Source: Candidatus Falkowbacteria bacterium
Lineage (GTDB): Bacteria > Patescibacteriota > Patescibacteriia > Patescibacteriales > UBA12465
Length of the DNA: 64,000 nt
Reading direction: 5' to 3'
NCBI GenBank assembly: GCA_037137655.1
Contig: JBAXJX010000001.1
Span: 496,194 to 560,193, forward strand
The translations under genes were made by a program, and so were the position numbers. The notes below the pieces were generated by a model. The model made no database searches. It saw only the letters and a program-made list of their open reading frames with translations, and was not told the origin of the DNA. Position 1 is the first letter of the stretch. Each line of letters opens with the position of its first letter. This document shows, piece by piece, positions 36,089-46,435 of the stretch.

Positions 36089-37271
36089 AGAGAACTTTTT
36101 TATAAATTTCCAAAGTAGCCGAAGCACATTCCCACCAATTATATTTTTTTATTAATTTTAAACCGCGAGCAACCAGCTCTTGACGTAATAGCTCGTCACT
36201 TTTAAATTCATTCATCTTTTTAAGAAAATCAACATCATCTTCTGGATTAAAATAATATGCGGCGTCACCTAAAATTTCAGGCATACTAGAGCGATTGGAG
36301 CTTAATACTGGGCAAGCCTTGGCCATGGCTTCAAGCGGTGGAAGACCAAAGCCTTCGTAAGATGAAGGGAAAATATAAAATAATGCTTTTTTGTACAAAA
36401 CCCCTAATTCAACATCCGGAACATAACCCGGAAAAATCACTGCATCATAATCATTTTTACCGGAATAGAGCCCGAGTTGGCGCGCCAAATCAATTAAACG
36501 ATTGTAAAAATAATCATGGCGACCAACTAGCACCAATTTTATATCGCCATTGTTTTTATGGAAGTCAGCAAAAATATTTAGCAGTTTTTCTAAGTTTTTA
36601 TGTGGATAAGCATTGCCAACATATAAAATAAACTGTCCGGAAATTTTCAAACGCTCCAAAGTGTCTGAGTCATCCAATTTCTTAACAAACAAGGAATCAC
36701 TTCCCTTTGATAAATTTGATACGCCCTCATAAATAACCGAGATTTTATCTGGGACAATACCAAACTGCGAGACAATATCATCTTTCGTAAAATCAGAAAC
36801 GGCAATAATTTTCTGAGCCCGACGCATGGCGGTTGAGATAACAAAACGATAAGCTAAATTTTTTACTTTATAGATAAGCGGATGCAAAGTTGAGGCCCGA
36901 ACAGTCGGAAACTTTGTTAAAATCAAATCATGAATTGTTACTATAAATTTTACCGGAGTTAGGATGGGAACATTGAAGTGCGGAAAGTGCATCAGATCTA
37001 AACGCTCTTGAAGAATTAAATATGGCATCACCAATTGCTCTTGGAGAGTGTACCAACGGGGCGTCGCCAAAACTTTTTTAACCCGATGAATGTCTTCAGG
37101 GGCAATAAGTAACTCATCAAAATTATCCTTACTTAAAAACACCACAAACTCATTATCCTTATCAATATTTATAACATTATCAACAATTTCCTGGGTATAA
37201 CGACCAAGCCCCTTTCCAAGTGGACCATAAAAACGAGCGTCAATTCCAATTCTTTTAATCGATTTATTCAT
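36069..37271 (-). CDS. Glycosyltransferase family 4 (GT-B)
   Basis: YEGFGLPPLEAMAKACPVLSS is an EX7E-type motif. 400 aa. Confidence 0.8.
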   Translation of the reverse strand: MNKSIKRIGIDARFYGPLGKGLGRYTQEIVDNVINIDKDNEFVVFLSKDNFDELLIAPEDIHRVKKVLATPRWYTLQEQLVMPYLILQERLDLMHFPHFNVPILTPVKFIVTIHDLILTKFPTVRASTLHPLIYKVKNLAYRFVISTAMRRAQKIIAVSDFTKDDIVSQFGIVPDKISVIYEGVSNLSKGSDSLFVKKLDDSDTLERLKISGQFILYVGNAYPHKNLEKLLNIFADFHKNNGDIKLVLVGRHDYFYNRLIDLARQLGLYSGKNDYDAVIFPGYVPDVELGVLYKKALFYIFPSSYEGFGLPPLEAMAKACPVLSSNRSSMPEILGDAAYYFNPEDDVDFLKKMNEFKSDELLRQELVARGLKLIKKYNWWECASATLEIYKKVLYGNKKA

Positions 37272-37291
37272 TTATTTGAAAAGAGTAATTT

Positions 37292-38224
37292 TTAAATTTT
37301 AACTTTGGCCATTTTTAATTCACGCATTGAAAGCCAGAGAAAGATGATTAGCAAAATAACAGTATTAAGTGGTGCCAACCAAAATGGATAATCCTTACCA
37401 AAACTTTCCGCAATCATTAAAGCTCCTAGCATACCAATAGAGTACATGGCGCCATTTTTTAAATAAGCGAATTTAGAAATAAGATCTATTCCTCTAATTG
37501 TTAATTCGCGCACAATAAAGGCACCTAAACCATTGCCCAAAATAATCAATGGAACACTCATAGTAAAAGCAAAGGCACCAACAACCCCATCAATTGAAAA
37601 ACTCATATCTAAAACCTCAAGATAAAGAATTTTACTCCAAGCCCCCATATGTGAACTACTTAACAATTTTTTTTCTTGCTCTTCAGCATTTTTCTTAAAA
37701 CCATCAGTAATAAAAAAGGCAGCCACACCAATTGTAGCAGCCAAAGATAAAATTGGATCTATTTTTAATGAGGTGTAAACAATAAACACTGTAAAGATTG
37801 AAGAAACGGCATAAAACCAAGCTCCTTGGCGATGGATAAAACCCTCAACCATAAAAGCATATTTCTTCTCTTCCAAAAAAAGCCAACCCAAAAAAATTAA
37901 AAACAAATAAACACCACCACCCAAAAGAAGTAATGGCTTTGATGTTTCGATTGAATACTTAACTGTTTCGCTACCAGAAAAAGCAGCCATAAAAACCTCT
38001 GGAATTGATAAGCTCGGATTAGTCGCCCAAACAATTACAAATGGTAATAAGCCGCGCACCAAAAAAACAGCAAAAAACAAACCCCAAGTTAGGAATATTT
38101 TTCTAAATTTTGGAGGTAAAGTTTTTAAAACATGAGCATTAACAATAGCATTATCAACACTACTGATAATTTCAAAAAGACAAAGACCAAAAACGATTAT
38201 CAAGATATTAAAAATCATAAACAA
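37292..38224 (-). CDS. TerC/DUF475-like integral membrane protein
   Basis: Polytopic, with EIISSVDNAIVNA and a second SFSIDGVVGAF half-repeat. Confidence 0.5.
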   Translation of the reverse strand: MFMIFNILIIVFGLCLFEIISSVDNAIVNAHVLKTLPPKFRKIFLTWGLFFAVFLVRGLLPFVIVWATNPSLSIPEVFMAAFSGSETVKYSIETSKPLLLLGGGVYLFLIFLGWLFLEEKKYAFMVEGFIHRQGAWFYAVSSIFTVFIVYTSLKIDPILSLAATIGVAAFFITDGFKKNAEEQEKKLLSSSHMGAWSKILYLEVLDMSFSIDGVVGAFAFTMSVPLIILGNGLGAFIVRELTIRGIDLISKFAYLKNGAMYSIGMLGALMIAESFGKDYPFWLAPLNTVILLIIFLWLSMRELKMAKVKI

Positions 38225-38249
38225 GTCATCTTACATTTAATAAACAAGG

Positions 38250-39710
38250 TTAAGCAAACGGTAAATTACTTGGTGCAGCACCACTTTGTTCGCTAGCATT
38301 ATCATCACTCTTAACACTTGGGCTCGGACTAACTTCACGATTAGACGCAGCCTCACTAACAGAATAAATTGGCTCCAAGCTTTCACTGTAAACAATATTT
38401 TCCTCACTTGGCAAACTAATCGGTGGCTTACCTTTCTTACCTGGGGTTTTCTGAACCAGAGGAGCTTTAACTACGTAATCAATTGGAAAATGCCAAATTG
38501 TCGCTAACTCTTCGACGTTTAAAATTTTTGGATCTCGTCCTGACCAAGCCGAACGCGCAATATAATTATTAATAATTTTAGTTTTCTTCTCAGCTAAGCG
38601 CTTAACCTTAGCAAAAAAAGCTGTGCTCGTAGCCGTATATTTCATATCCGGCTTAAAACTATTTAAATGCAAATCACCAAATTGTTTAATATACCCAACA
38701 AAACCATTAACTGTTTTTTTCGGATTAAACACATCCTTCTTGGCTAAATAACAAAGACGAATTTTTACTAAAAATCCTAACTTAGAAGATTTTTCATACA
38801 AACCTTCAACTTTCTTTTTTTGGTGAGGCTTTAATTCCATCATCGACAAGGCTTTAAATTCCTTATCTGGTTTTGGTTTTAAATCACCCCAAATAGAGTA
38901 TACCGCCTCACTGGCGCCACTAATCCACTCCGAAGTCATATCAATAATCTCATTCGCCTTACTGACCTTTGGCTTCTTACCAATAATCTTATCAAGCTCA
39001 CCATCAGCTTCTTTAATCCACTCAAAATCAGTTGGGATTATAATTATTTGATACCAAAGTTGTTCACCACGCTGCAAACTACTACAAAGATCCATCAAAG
39101 AAGCGATTGGATCACGAAAGTGTGCTTCACTTGGACCCATCTGATGTTCAAATTCTTTATAAACCTTAATTGGAAACATATGATTAGCAGCCTGAATATA
39201 TTCCGTACCCCAAATATCATATTCATCATTCGGAAATTTTTTTGGCGCACCCTCAGTGTAATCATCAATCTCAGTAATTTCAGAATCGGGATATTGTGAA
39301 TAAATCGCTGATTCCACTAAACCCTTAAAATCAACTGGGGTTCTGACTATAAATTGAGTATAACCATCAATACTAACAATTTCAAAACTGAAACCAACCT
39401 GGAACTTCCCCTCCCACCATTTTTCATAGAAGTTAACCGAACCATGTGCTCCAGCCAAATAAGTAAAAAGATTCTCCACCGCCTTTGGTGATTGTTCATT
39501 GGCGCGCGGCACATCAATCGCTAAAAAGGTATATTTTATTTTAGAAGCAAATTCATCTTGGCGTTGCTCCAACCACAATACGCGGGCCGCTAAGATATAC
39601 ATATAGCCCAAAATTATCCAACCATAATAAAGCACAATTTTCCACATAATTGTGTTTGGGTCTTGTGCAAAAAATTCTTGCAATGGTTGTAAATTAATAA
39701 AAATATTCAT
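38250..39710 (-). CDS. Conserved hypothetical protein, N-terminally membrane-anchored
   Basis: 486 aa with a TM segment near residues 22-45. Motifs are FLAIDVPRANEQSPKAVENLF and EELATIWHFP. The C-terminal tail is Ser/Pro-rich. Confidence 0.55.
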   Translation of the reverse strand: MNIFINLQPLQEFFAQDPNTIMWKIVLYYGWIILGYMYILAARVLWLEQRQDEFASKIKYTFLAIDVPRANEQSPKAVENLFTYLAGAHGSVNFYEKWWEGKFQVGFSFEIVSIDGYTQFIVRTPVDFKGLVESAIYSQYPDSEITEIDDYTEGAPKKFPNDEYDIWGTEYIQAANHMFPIKVYKEFEHQMGPSEAHFRDPIASLMDLCSSLQRGEQLWYQIIIIPTDFEWIKEADGELDKIIGKKPKVSKANEIIDMTSEWISGASEAVYSIWGDLKPKPDKEFKALSMMELKPHQKKKVEGLYEKSSKLGFLVKIRLCYLAKKDVFNPKKTVNGFVGYIKQFGDLHLNSFKPDMKYTATSTAFFAKVKRLAEKKTKIINNYIARSAWSGRDPKILNVEELATIWHFPIDYVVKAPLVQKTPGKKGKPPISLPSEENIVYSESLEPIYSVSEAASNREVSPSPSVKSDDNASEQSGAAPSNLPFA

Positions 39711-39787
39711 AGAATCATTTTATCATAATTCACAAAAAAACAAAAATCCCAAACCGATTTGGTTTGGGATTTAAATTTGTATAAATA

Positions 39788-40819
39788 TTATGCAGCGACT
39801 GCTTGTTTCTGCCATTCCTTTAAGCCATAACGACCACGATCAACTAAAACATAACGATCATCTAAAATCAATTCATTGTGTACTGTGCCGGAATTAGCTT
39901 TTTTCTTATCAAAAGCAACTTCATTAATTTTTTCAGCAATTTCAGTGAAATGCATTGGTGCACCACTTTGCTTTAAAACTAAATAAATTTTATCACTAAT
40001 TTTCTTTGGTTTAATTTCTGGCCAATCACTCTTACCCCAATGACCAAATTTATTACGATCAACATCTTTCAAAGCTGAAACTAAAGAATACAAAACCTTA
40101 TTAGCATTAATAACTTCACCGGACTCTGGGAAGACTTCATTCTTAAAAACATCAAGCATGTCAGTTTTACCGGTATCTGTAATTTTAGAATTATTTTTTT
40201 CGTAAGAACTTAATTGTTTTAATAAACCGAATAATTCTTCAATATTTAAAGTTTTGTCTTGTTTGTCGATTTCTTTATTTAACTCTTTGCCAATTTCTTC
40301 CAAATGAGTGACATCATTATTCTTATGTCTAAATACAGAATTAAAACTATCAGACTGTCCAACTTTCTCAATAGAGTCATCAAGTAATTTGGAGATTAAA
40401 AAATCAAAATGTTTTTTGTATAATTCTTTCTTGTCATTATCAGTTGGATCAATACAGAAAACAGTTAACACATCAAGTAAATAATCACGTTCCATTAAAC
40501 CGCCGTGCTCTGTTAAAAGTTGATCAACCGCACCACGAATAACACCCAAAGATGATTCTAGGTTTTCTATTTTTTTCAATTTTTTAATGCTAGTTGCCTC
40601 AATCTGACGAACACGTTCTCTGGTCAATTTATGAAGTTTACCAATTTTCTCTAAAGTTTCAGATTCACTACCGTGTAAACCAAAACGGCGCACTAAAACA
40701 TCGCGCTCTCTTTCTAAGAGTTCTTCGAATAAGCCGTTGGCTACTTTAATAGCATCCAATTTTCCTAATTCTTCGGCTTTTTTATTTTTGATAATTTTTT
40801 CTAAAATATTATTTTCCAT
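39788..40819 (-). CDS. Sigma-70 region-4-like HTH protein with a C-terminal HARE-HTH-like domain
   Basis: RERDVLVRRFGL..ETLEKIGKLHKLTRERVRQIEATSIKKLK is region 4-like. The C-terminal part reads IYLVLKQSGAPMHFTEIAEKI...RYGLKEW. Confidence 0.55.
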   Translation of the reverse strand: MENNILEKIIKNKKAEELGKLDAIKVANGLFEELLERERDVLVRRFGLHGSESETLEKIGKLHKLTRERVRQIEATSIKKLKKIENLESSLGVIRGAVDQLLTEHGGLMERDYLLDVLTVFCIDPTDNDKKELYKKHFDFLISKLLDDSIEKVGQSDSFNSVFRHKNNDVTHLEEIGKELNKEIDKQDKTLNIEELFGLLKQLSSYEKNNSKITDTGKTDMLDVFKNEVFPESGEVINANKVLYSLVSALKDVDRNKFGHWGKSDWPEIKPKKISDKIYLVLKQSGAPMHFTEIAEKINEVAFDKKKANSGTVHNELILDDRYVLVDRGRYGLKEWQKQAVAA

Positions 40820-40912
40820 AGAGGTCTAAAATATTAATTAATAGGAATATGCCTAAATATTGTCACATTTTTTTTCATTAGTCAATAGCTAAGCAAAAAC
40901 AACGAAAAAACC

Positions 40913-41959
40913 CTATTTTACAAGGATTTTTTCAATATCAGACAAGGCTATTTTAAGCTTTAATTGACAATATTTTAATTTAATTTCTTTATAATTAGAA
41001 ATGATGGTTTTAAATTGGCCTAATAAGTATGGTTCAAAAATAGCGGCAAATAGCGTAGCAGCCAATTGATAAACCCAAATTTTAAGTTTCACTGGCAATT
41101 TCCAGGGTAAAGAGGAATAACGAATAACAAAAATCCATTGATTTAAAAATGACCATTCCCTTACCAATCGGCTCTTGTTTTTGCGATTTTTTATAATCTG
41201 CCATAGACCATTTCCCAGCGGACTAGCACTGCGATCATGATAAACAATGGCGCTCGGGCAAAGCATTATAGGATGACCGGCTAATTGCAAGCGATAAGAT
41301 AAATCCACATCCTCTTTATACATAAACATTAATTCATCTAAATACTCTTTCCGACCACAAATATCAAAAGCAACATCGACTAAGACTGTGAGTCGCAACA
41401 AAACCGCCGCACCAGTAAATCCAAAGATTGGAACCATTGCGTCAGACAAGTCTGTGCGTCGTTTTCCCTGATTAGAATCATAAGCTCGGTGAGAGGTGGT
41501 CATAGCAATACCATCGCTATCAACAATGTCTGTTTTTTCAGAGTTAACAAAGTCCCATTTTAAAATTCGTGGAGCCACGGCCCCGAGTCTTTCGTTAGCA
41601 TCCAGAATTTTGATTAAGTTTAAAATACTATCTTCAGCTATAATCGTATCCGGATTAATCATTAAAAAATATTCTGCCCCCAAATCCACTGCCCGCCCAA
41701 TCATCGGATTATATGCCCCGGCAAAACCCAAATTTTTACTTGACCAAAATAAATCAATATCAGTAAAATTATTTTTAATGTAGCGCGAATTACTATTATC
41801 TTGTTGCTCGCTATTATCAAAGGCTAAAATTTTATAACTGGCATCAGTCTCATAATTGCCAAAGGCAAAATCCAAAGACTGCTTCAAGCTCGGCAAAAAG
41901 AACGGCAAATATTTTGCCGTCCCCTCATTGTAAGTTATAAAGCCAATAACTATTTTCAT
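40913..41959 (-). CDS. Glycosyltransferase family 2
   Basis: N-terminal IGFITYN, DNSEQ, NPDTII and EDVDLSYRL motifs. 348 aa. Confidence 0.75.
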   Translation of the reverse strand: MKIVIGFITYNEGTAKYLPFFLPSLKQSLDFAFGNYETDASYKILAFDNSEQQDNSNSRYIKNNFTDIDLFWSSKNLGFAGAYNPMIGRAVDLGAEYFLMINPDTIIAEDSILNLIKILDANERLGAVAPRILKWDFVNSEKTDIVDSDGIAMTTSHRAYDSNQGKRRTDLSDAMVPIFGFTGAAVLLRLTVLVDVAFDICGRKEYLDELMFMYKEDVDLSYRLQLAGHPIMLCPSAIVYHDRSASPLGNGLWQIIKNRKNKSRLVREWSFLNQWIFVIRYSSLPWKLPVKLKIWVYQLAATLFAAIFEPYLLGQFKTIISNYKEIKLKYCQLKLKIALSDIEKILVK

Positions 41960-42060
41960 AACCTTATTTTATAAGATATTTAAGTAATAAGCAATTTGAC
42001 GAAATCAAAAAAATATTATAATATCACCACAAAAGCAATTGAACTTTAAAATCATATAAA

Positions 42061-42681
42061 ATGAGCATAGAAAAACAAAATCGAAAGAGGTTGTGGCGAG
42101 TCACAATTCTTTCCAGCATGGCTATTACAGCCGTCTATCTAAGCTTTTCTCCTAAGTGGGAATTAGCTACCGCTATCAATATACTCTCCGTTTTTATATC
42201 CATCTTTTTATTTGTTTTAATTATTAACAAACTAGAAAAAGATCGGGTTAAAACCAAGAAACACTACATAGCTTATAGCGCCGGATTTTACGGTATCGGA
42301 CTGGCTGGAGCGGTAGTTGGAATTATTAGCGGACTAGGAGCTGGCATAACCATTGCCCTACACTACAACGCTCACGACGGTTTTAATCTAGGCTTGTTAG
42401 CTATCAAAATATCAATTCTAATCATTGGAGCCTTACTTTCAGCTATCGCCACATTCGTCAAAGGTTTTGGAATTAGATGTGGAATCTTTGGAGCATTCGG
42501 TATCGGATTTGCTATTGAATTAATTGCCTTCGTAGACAATATAAACAATTCCGCCCCGCTTCAAGCCTTAATCGCCACAGTAACCATTATTATTGTTGTG
42601 GTAATATCTTGGTTTATAGAACGGCTCTTTAATTATGGCGCCAAAAATTTTTTAAAATTTTTGAATGGCCGTGATCTCTAA
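42061..42681 (+). CDS. Hypothetical Gly-rich polytopic membrane protein
   Basis: 206 aa with 5-6 TM segments. It is a lone plus-strand gene with its own terminator. Confidence 0.5.
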   Translation: MSIEKQNRKRLWRVTILSSMAITAVYLSFSPKWELATAINILSVFISIFLFVLIINKLEKDRVKTKKHYIAYSAGFYGIGLAGAVVGIISGLGAGITIALHYNAHDGFNLGLLAIKISILIIGALLSAIATFVKGFGIRCGIFGAFGIGFAIELIAFVDNINNSAPLQALIATVTIIIVVVISWFIERLFNYGAKNFLKFLNGRDL

Positions 42682-42688
42682 AAAACAT

Positions 42689-42720
42689 AAAGCCCAGATT
42701 TTTCAATCCGGGCTTTTTTA
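42689..42720. terminator. Terminator between the convergent 42061..42681 gene and murF
   Basis: AAAGCCC...GGGCTTT stem followed by TTTTTTATTTT on the plus strand. Confidence 0.55.
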
Positions 42721-42736
42721 TTTTCTTTTTCAATAA

Positions 42737-44023
42737 TTAATTCCAAGCTTTCCCCTGACGTACTAAAAGATTTTCCGCCTCATCAGGATTAGCCATCAAA
42801 CTTTTAACCACTCTTTCCATGCGCGCGCCCTGTGAACCTTTAACTAAGATTATATCGCCTGGTAATATTTTACCTGGAATTTCTTTGGCCGCTTGTTGAC
42901 TATCACTTAAGTAAACAATTTTATTTTTATCATAATCCTTATCAATCGCCCCAGCACCAATCAACATTGCTTTCTCACCCACTAAAAATAAAATCTCTGG
43001 ATCAAACTCAGCAATTCTTTCCCCCACTTTAATATGATCCGCCTCACTCTCGTCACCAAGCTCTAACATATCACCCAAGGCCATTAATTTTCGACCACTA
43101 GTGGTTTTTATATTTTCCAAAACATCAATTGCCGCTAAAGTTGAATCAGCCGCCGCATTATAAGTATCATCAATAATAGTAGAGTTATTAATACCAGTAA
43201 TTGGGCGCAATCTACCAGCTGGCAGAGAAAATTCCATTAAAGAATTGGCCACATCGATTAAATTTATTTGGTAATATACCCCGACAGCCACAGCAGCTAA
43301 AATAGCATAAACCGCTGGATAACCAACCGCACCTGGTATACTAAACGGCACGATTGAACCATTATGATTAACCTTAAAATTAACGCCAGTTATCGCCCCA
43401 CCATCCTTTAGAGAGCTGAAACTAACCTCCTGCCCCAAAACATCCGCACCATCCTCAAATCCATAAGACAAAACTTTAGAACGACTTTCTTTCAACATTT
43501 GTCTAGTCCATTCATTATCGTAATTTAAAATAGCTAAACCGTTCTTAGTTACATTGGTAATTAAAATTTGTTTTTCTTTTTTAATGTTCTCCACATTTAC
43601 GAAATGCTCTAAATGAGAATGACTAACACTGGTAACAATTCCAATATGAGGACGCGCAATACTCATTAAATATTTCATATCACCAACCCTGTCGATTCCC
43701 ATTTCCAAAATTAAAATCGGTGGATAGTCATTATCAGTTTTAAAAACTAAAGAGAAAAATTTACTAAATACTTTAAACCAACCGATTAATGATTTACCCG
43801 GCGCATCAACACCCAAAATTGTTAGTGGCACACCCAATTCATTATTGTAATTCTTTTGGCTCTGGCGCACGTTAAAATGTGGACTCAAAACCTTATAGAC
43901 CGCTTCCTTGGCGCTAGTCTTTCCAATACTTCCAGTTATCCCAATTATTTCCGGATGATATTTAGTTACGACAATTTTAGCTAATACTTTCAAAACTATT
44001 TGGACAACTTTATTCATATGCAA
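42737..44023 (-). CDS. murF: UDP-MurNAc-tripeptide--D-Ala-D-Ala ligase (MurF)
   Basis: ITGSIGKTSAKE P-loop and ALGDMLELGDESEADH, typical of MurF. It is in dcw context. Confidence 0.78.
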   Translation of the reverse strand: MHMNKVVQIVLKVLAKIVVTKYHPEIIGITGSIGKTSAKEAVYKVLSPHFNVRQSQKNYNNELGVPLTILGVDAPGKSLIGWFKVFSKFFSLVFKTDNDYPPILILEMGIDRVGDMKYLMSIARPHIGIVTSVSHSHLEHFVNVENIKKEKQILITNVTKNGLAILNYDNEWTRQMLKESRSKVLSYGFEDGADVLGQEVSFSSLKDGGAITGVNFKVNHNGSIVPFSIPGAVGYPAVYAILAAVAVGVYYQINLIDVANSLMEFSLPAGRLRPITGINNSTIIDDTYNAAADSTLAAIDVLENIKTTSGRKLMALGDMLELGDESEADHIKVGERIAEFDPEILFLVGEKAMLIGAGAIDKDYDKNKIVYLSDSQQAAKEIPGKILPGDIILVKGSQGARMERVVKSLMANPDEAENLLVRQGKAWN

Positions 44024-44038
44024 AAAAATTAATTATAA

Positions 44039-46108
44039 TTATCTTTCTTTTGGTACCTGATAGTATTTTAGCAGAAAATCAGCAATTTCGCCAAAAAGCG
44101 GCGTCGCTGTACTTTCAGCATATTTAAATCCTTTTGGTTTATCCATTTTTACTAACATCACAAATTTAGGCTTATTAATTGGGGCGATACCAACAAAAGT
44201 ATGAATATATTGATTGTCGCCTAAATATTTACCATTAGCACCAGATATCTGCGCCGTACCAGTTTTACCACCAATATAATAACCATTTACCCGCGCTTTT
44301 TTCGCCGTTCCATTTTCCGCGACATTAACTAACATTGCCGAAATTGTATTGGCCGTCTCTTCAGAAATAACCTGACGAACTTCACGCGGCTTCGTATCAA
44401 TTTTAGTCCCATCTTTTTTAATAATCCCTTTCACAATATACGGCTTCATTAAAATGCCATGATTAGCAATGGCCGCGTAAGACATAAGCATTTGCAGCGG
44501 CGTAGCGGTCAAACCTTGACCAAAGGAAGCGGTGGCCGCATCAATTGGTTTAACATTTTTAGCTAATAAATTATTAATATTACCCCCAGCTTCAGAGCCA
44601 AGTTCAATGCCAGTTTTTTCTCCAAAACCAAAGTTTTTAACATAATCAGTAAAAACTTTTGGCCCAACTTGTTGCATAGAAAATATAGCACCCAAATTTA
44701 AAGATTTCTCCAAAACTGTAGTCATGTCAGTTTTTCCATGAGCACCAAAAGTATCAGAGTCAGAATTATTAATCGGCTTTGACCAACCGCTAATCATTAT
44801 CTTACCCGTGTCATTATAAGTTGTATTTGGTGTCACCTTCTTTTGATCAACTGCCGCGGCCATAGTGATTGTTTTAAAAACCGAACCAGGCTCATATTGA
44901 GACGAGACGATCGGATTCATAAAAAACTTTTGGTCACTTACATCTTTATAATTATTTGGGTCAAAATTTGGATATGAACACATCGCAATAATTTCCCCGG
45001 TGTCTGGCTTAACAATGATCACCGATCCAGAATCAAATTTATAACGACTGCGTGATTCTTCTAATTTTTGGCAAACATAATATTCCACAGCCCGGTCAAT
45101 CGTTAAAACAATATCCGAACCATCAACTGGCGCCAAATGCTCACGATCATCAGCAATAACCACACTCCGACTTGGACCGCTACCACGCTCGCCTTTTAAA
45201 ACACCAGCCGTTCCAGATAATTCATCATTATAATATGCTTCTAGTCCATAAGTACCAACATTATTATAGTTAACAAAACCAATCAAATTTGAAGCCAATG
45301 TTCCCTCTGGATAATAACGATACGAAGTCATGGTGTAACCAAACCCTTTATATTCTAAATTATTTTTATCATCATCACCGATTTTATAAATTTTATTATT
45401 GCGAAATTCTAACTCAGCCGGATCAAGACCAAGTAGAGTAGCGTAAAATTTTAACAAATCATCATCACTAACTTTCTTTTTTAACTCTTCATAAGGATCG
45501 CCAGGTTTATTTAATTTCAAGAGATAATTATTTGTTATCTTAAGCTTCTCTTCATTAATCATTAAATCTCGTTTTGTCTTTCTAAAATCTGACCACGTCG
45601 CATCAGATTGTAATGATTTTTTTGTATTCAGTATTTCATCTTGTTTAGCGGTTCGCTCGGCATCTGATAAATTTAAACTATTAATAAAGCTAAGTTCTTT
45701 ATCAATCTCTGACTGATCTTCACTGGCAATTTTTTTATCAACATCCGCTTCAACGCCCTGAGCATCAAAAGTATCATAAATTTTTTCCGCCGTAGAAGAA
45801 ACATTATTTAAATCCAAGTCTTTCGGCACAGCATAAATAACAGCAAAGTTTTTATTAGTAGCGAGCGCCGATAAGGAACTTTCATTTAAACTAGGATTAT
45901 AGTTGTTAACCAAAATTTGACCACGCGCCGCATCAAGGACGGCATTAACTTGTTGCTGGCCAGAAGCTTTAGCTTGATAATAAGAGTTGCGCCAAACCTG
46001 CAAATAAAAAAGCTTGGCAGCCATCATAGCGCCAAATAAAAAAATAATCGCTAAAACAAAATTTAAACGATTATCATGGACATTAATTTTTTTTGTTGGC
46101 TTAACCAT
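44039..46108 (-). CDS. ftsI: Class B penicillin-binding protein (FtsI/PBP2-type transpeptidase)
   Basis: N-terminal TM segment, SVFK (SxxK) and GGKTGTAQ (KTG). It lies between ftsL and murF. 689 aa, with an extended N-terminal module. Confidence 0.85.
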   Translation of the reverse strand: MVKPTKKINVHDNRLNFVLAIIFLFGAMMAAKLFYLQVWRNSYYQAKASGQQQVNAVLDAARGQILVNNYNPSLNESSLSALATNKNFAVIYAVPKDLDLNNVSSTAEKIYDTFDAQGVEADVDKKIASEDQSEIDKELSFINSLNLSDAERTAKQDEILNTKKSLQSDATWSDFRKTKRDLMINEEKLKITNNYLLKLNKPGDPYEELKKKVSDDDLLKFYATLLGLDPAELEFRNNKIYKIGDDDKNNLEYKGFGYTMTSYRYYPEGTLASNLIGFVNYNNVGTYGLEAYYNDELSGTAGVLKGERGSGPSRSVVIADDREHLAPVDGSDIVLTIDRAVEYYVCQKLEESRSRYKFDSGSVIIVKPDTGEIIAMCSYPNFDPNNYKDVSDQKFFMNPIVSSQYEPGSVFKTITMAAAVDQKKVTPNTTYNDTGKIMISGWSKPINNSDSDTFGAHGKTDMTTVLEKSLNLGAIFSMQQVGPKVFTDYVKNFGFGEKTGIELGSEAGGNINNLLAKNVKPIDAATASFGQGLTATPLQMLMSYAAIANHGILMKPYIVKGIIKKDGTKIDTKPREVRQVISEETANTISAMLVNVAENGTAKKARVNGYYIGGKTGTAQISGANGKYLGDNQYIHTFVGIAPINKPKFVMLVKMDKPKGFKYAESTATPLFGEIADFLLKYYQVPKER

Positions 46109-46110
46109 GA

Positions 46111-46425
46111 CTATTTTTTGGCAACAGCACCGTCATTAATCTCTAAATACTCAATTTTATCAACCGGCACCATATGTAAATCATTTAATTTTTGTTGGAT
46201 ATCACCATAAGACTCTAGGGCAATTTTTTTGGATTCAATTTGACTATTCTCAACTGTTAATTCATTTAGATGTTTTTTGGCGGCCTCCAAAGAAAAGCCT
46301 TTAACAACCAAAGCGTTAATACCACCTAAATAAGTTCCAATACTAACAATTATTAGAACAAAAAGTAACAAATTAACAAATTTAATTTTTTTAATCCAGC
46401 TTTGTTTGTAGTCTAATTTTCCCAT
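46111..46425 (-). CDS. ftsL: FtsL-like cell division protein
   Basis: 104 aa, bitopic with a coiled coil. It occupies the canonical position between rsmH and ftsI. Confidence 0.6.
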   Translation of the reverse strand: MGKLDYKQSWIKKIKFVNLLLFVLIIVSIGTYLGGINALVVKGFSLEAAKKHLNELTVENSQIESKKIALESYGDIQQKLNDLHMVPVDKIEYLEINDGAVAKK

Positions 46426-46435
46426 ATGAGGAATT

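Noticed and set aside
36089-36127. N-terminal extension of the DUF4012-like ORF
   Set aside because: It lies inside the GT4 gene. The ATG at 36088 is the more parsimonious start, though this remains a judgement call.
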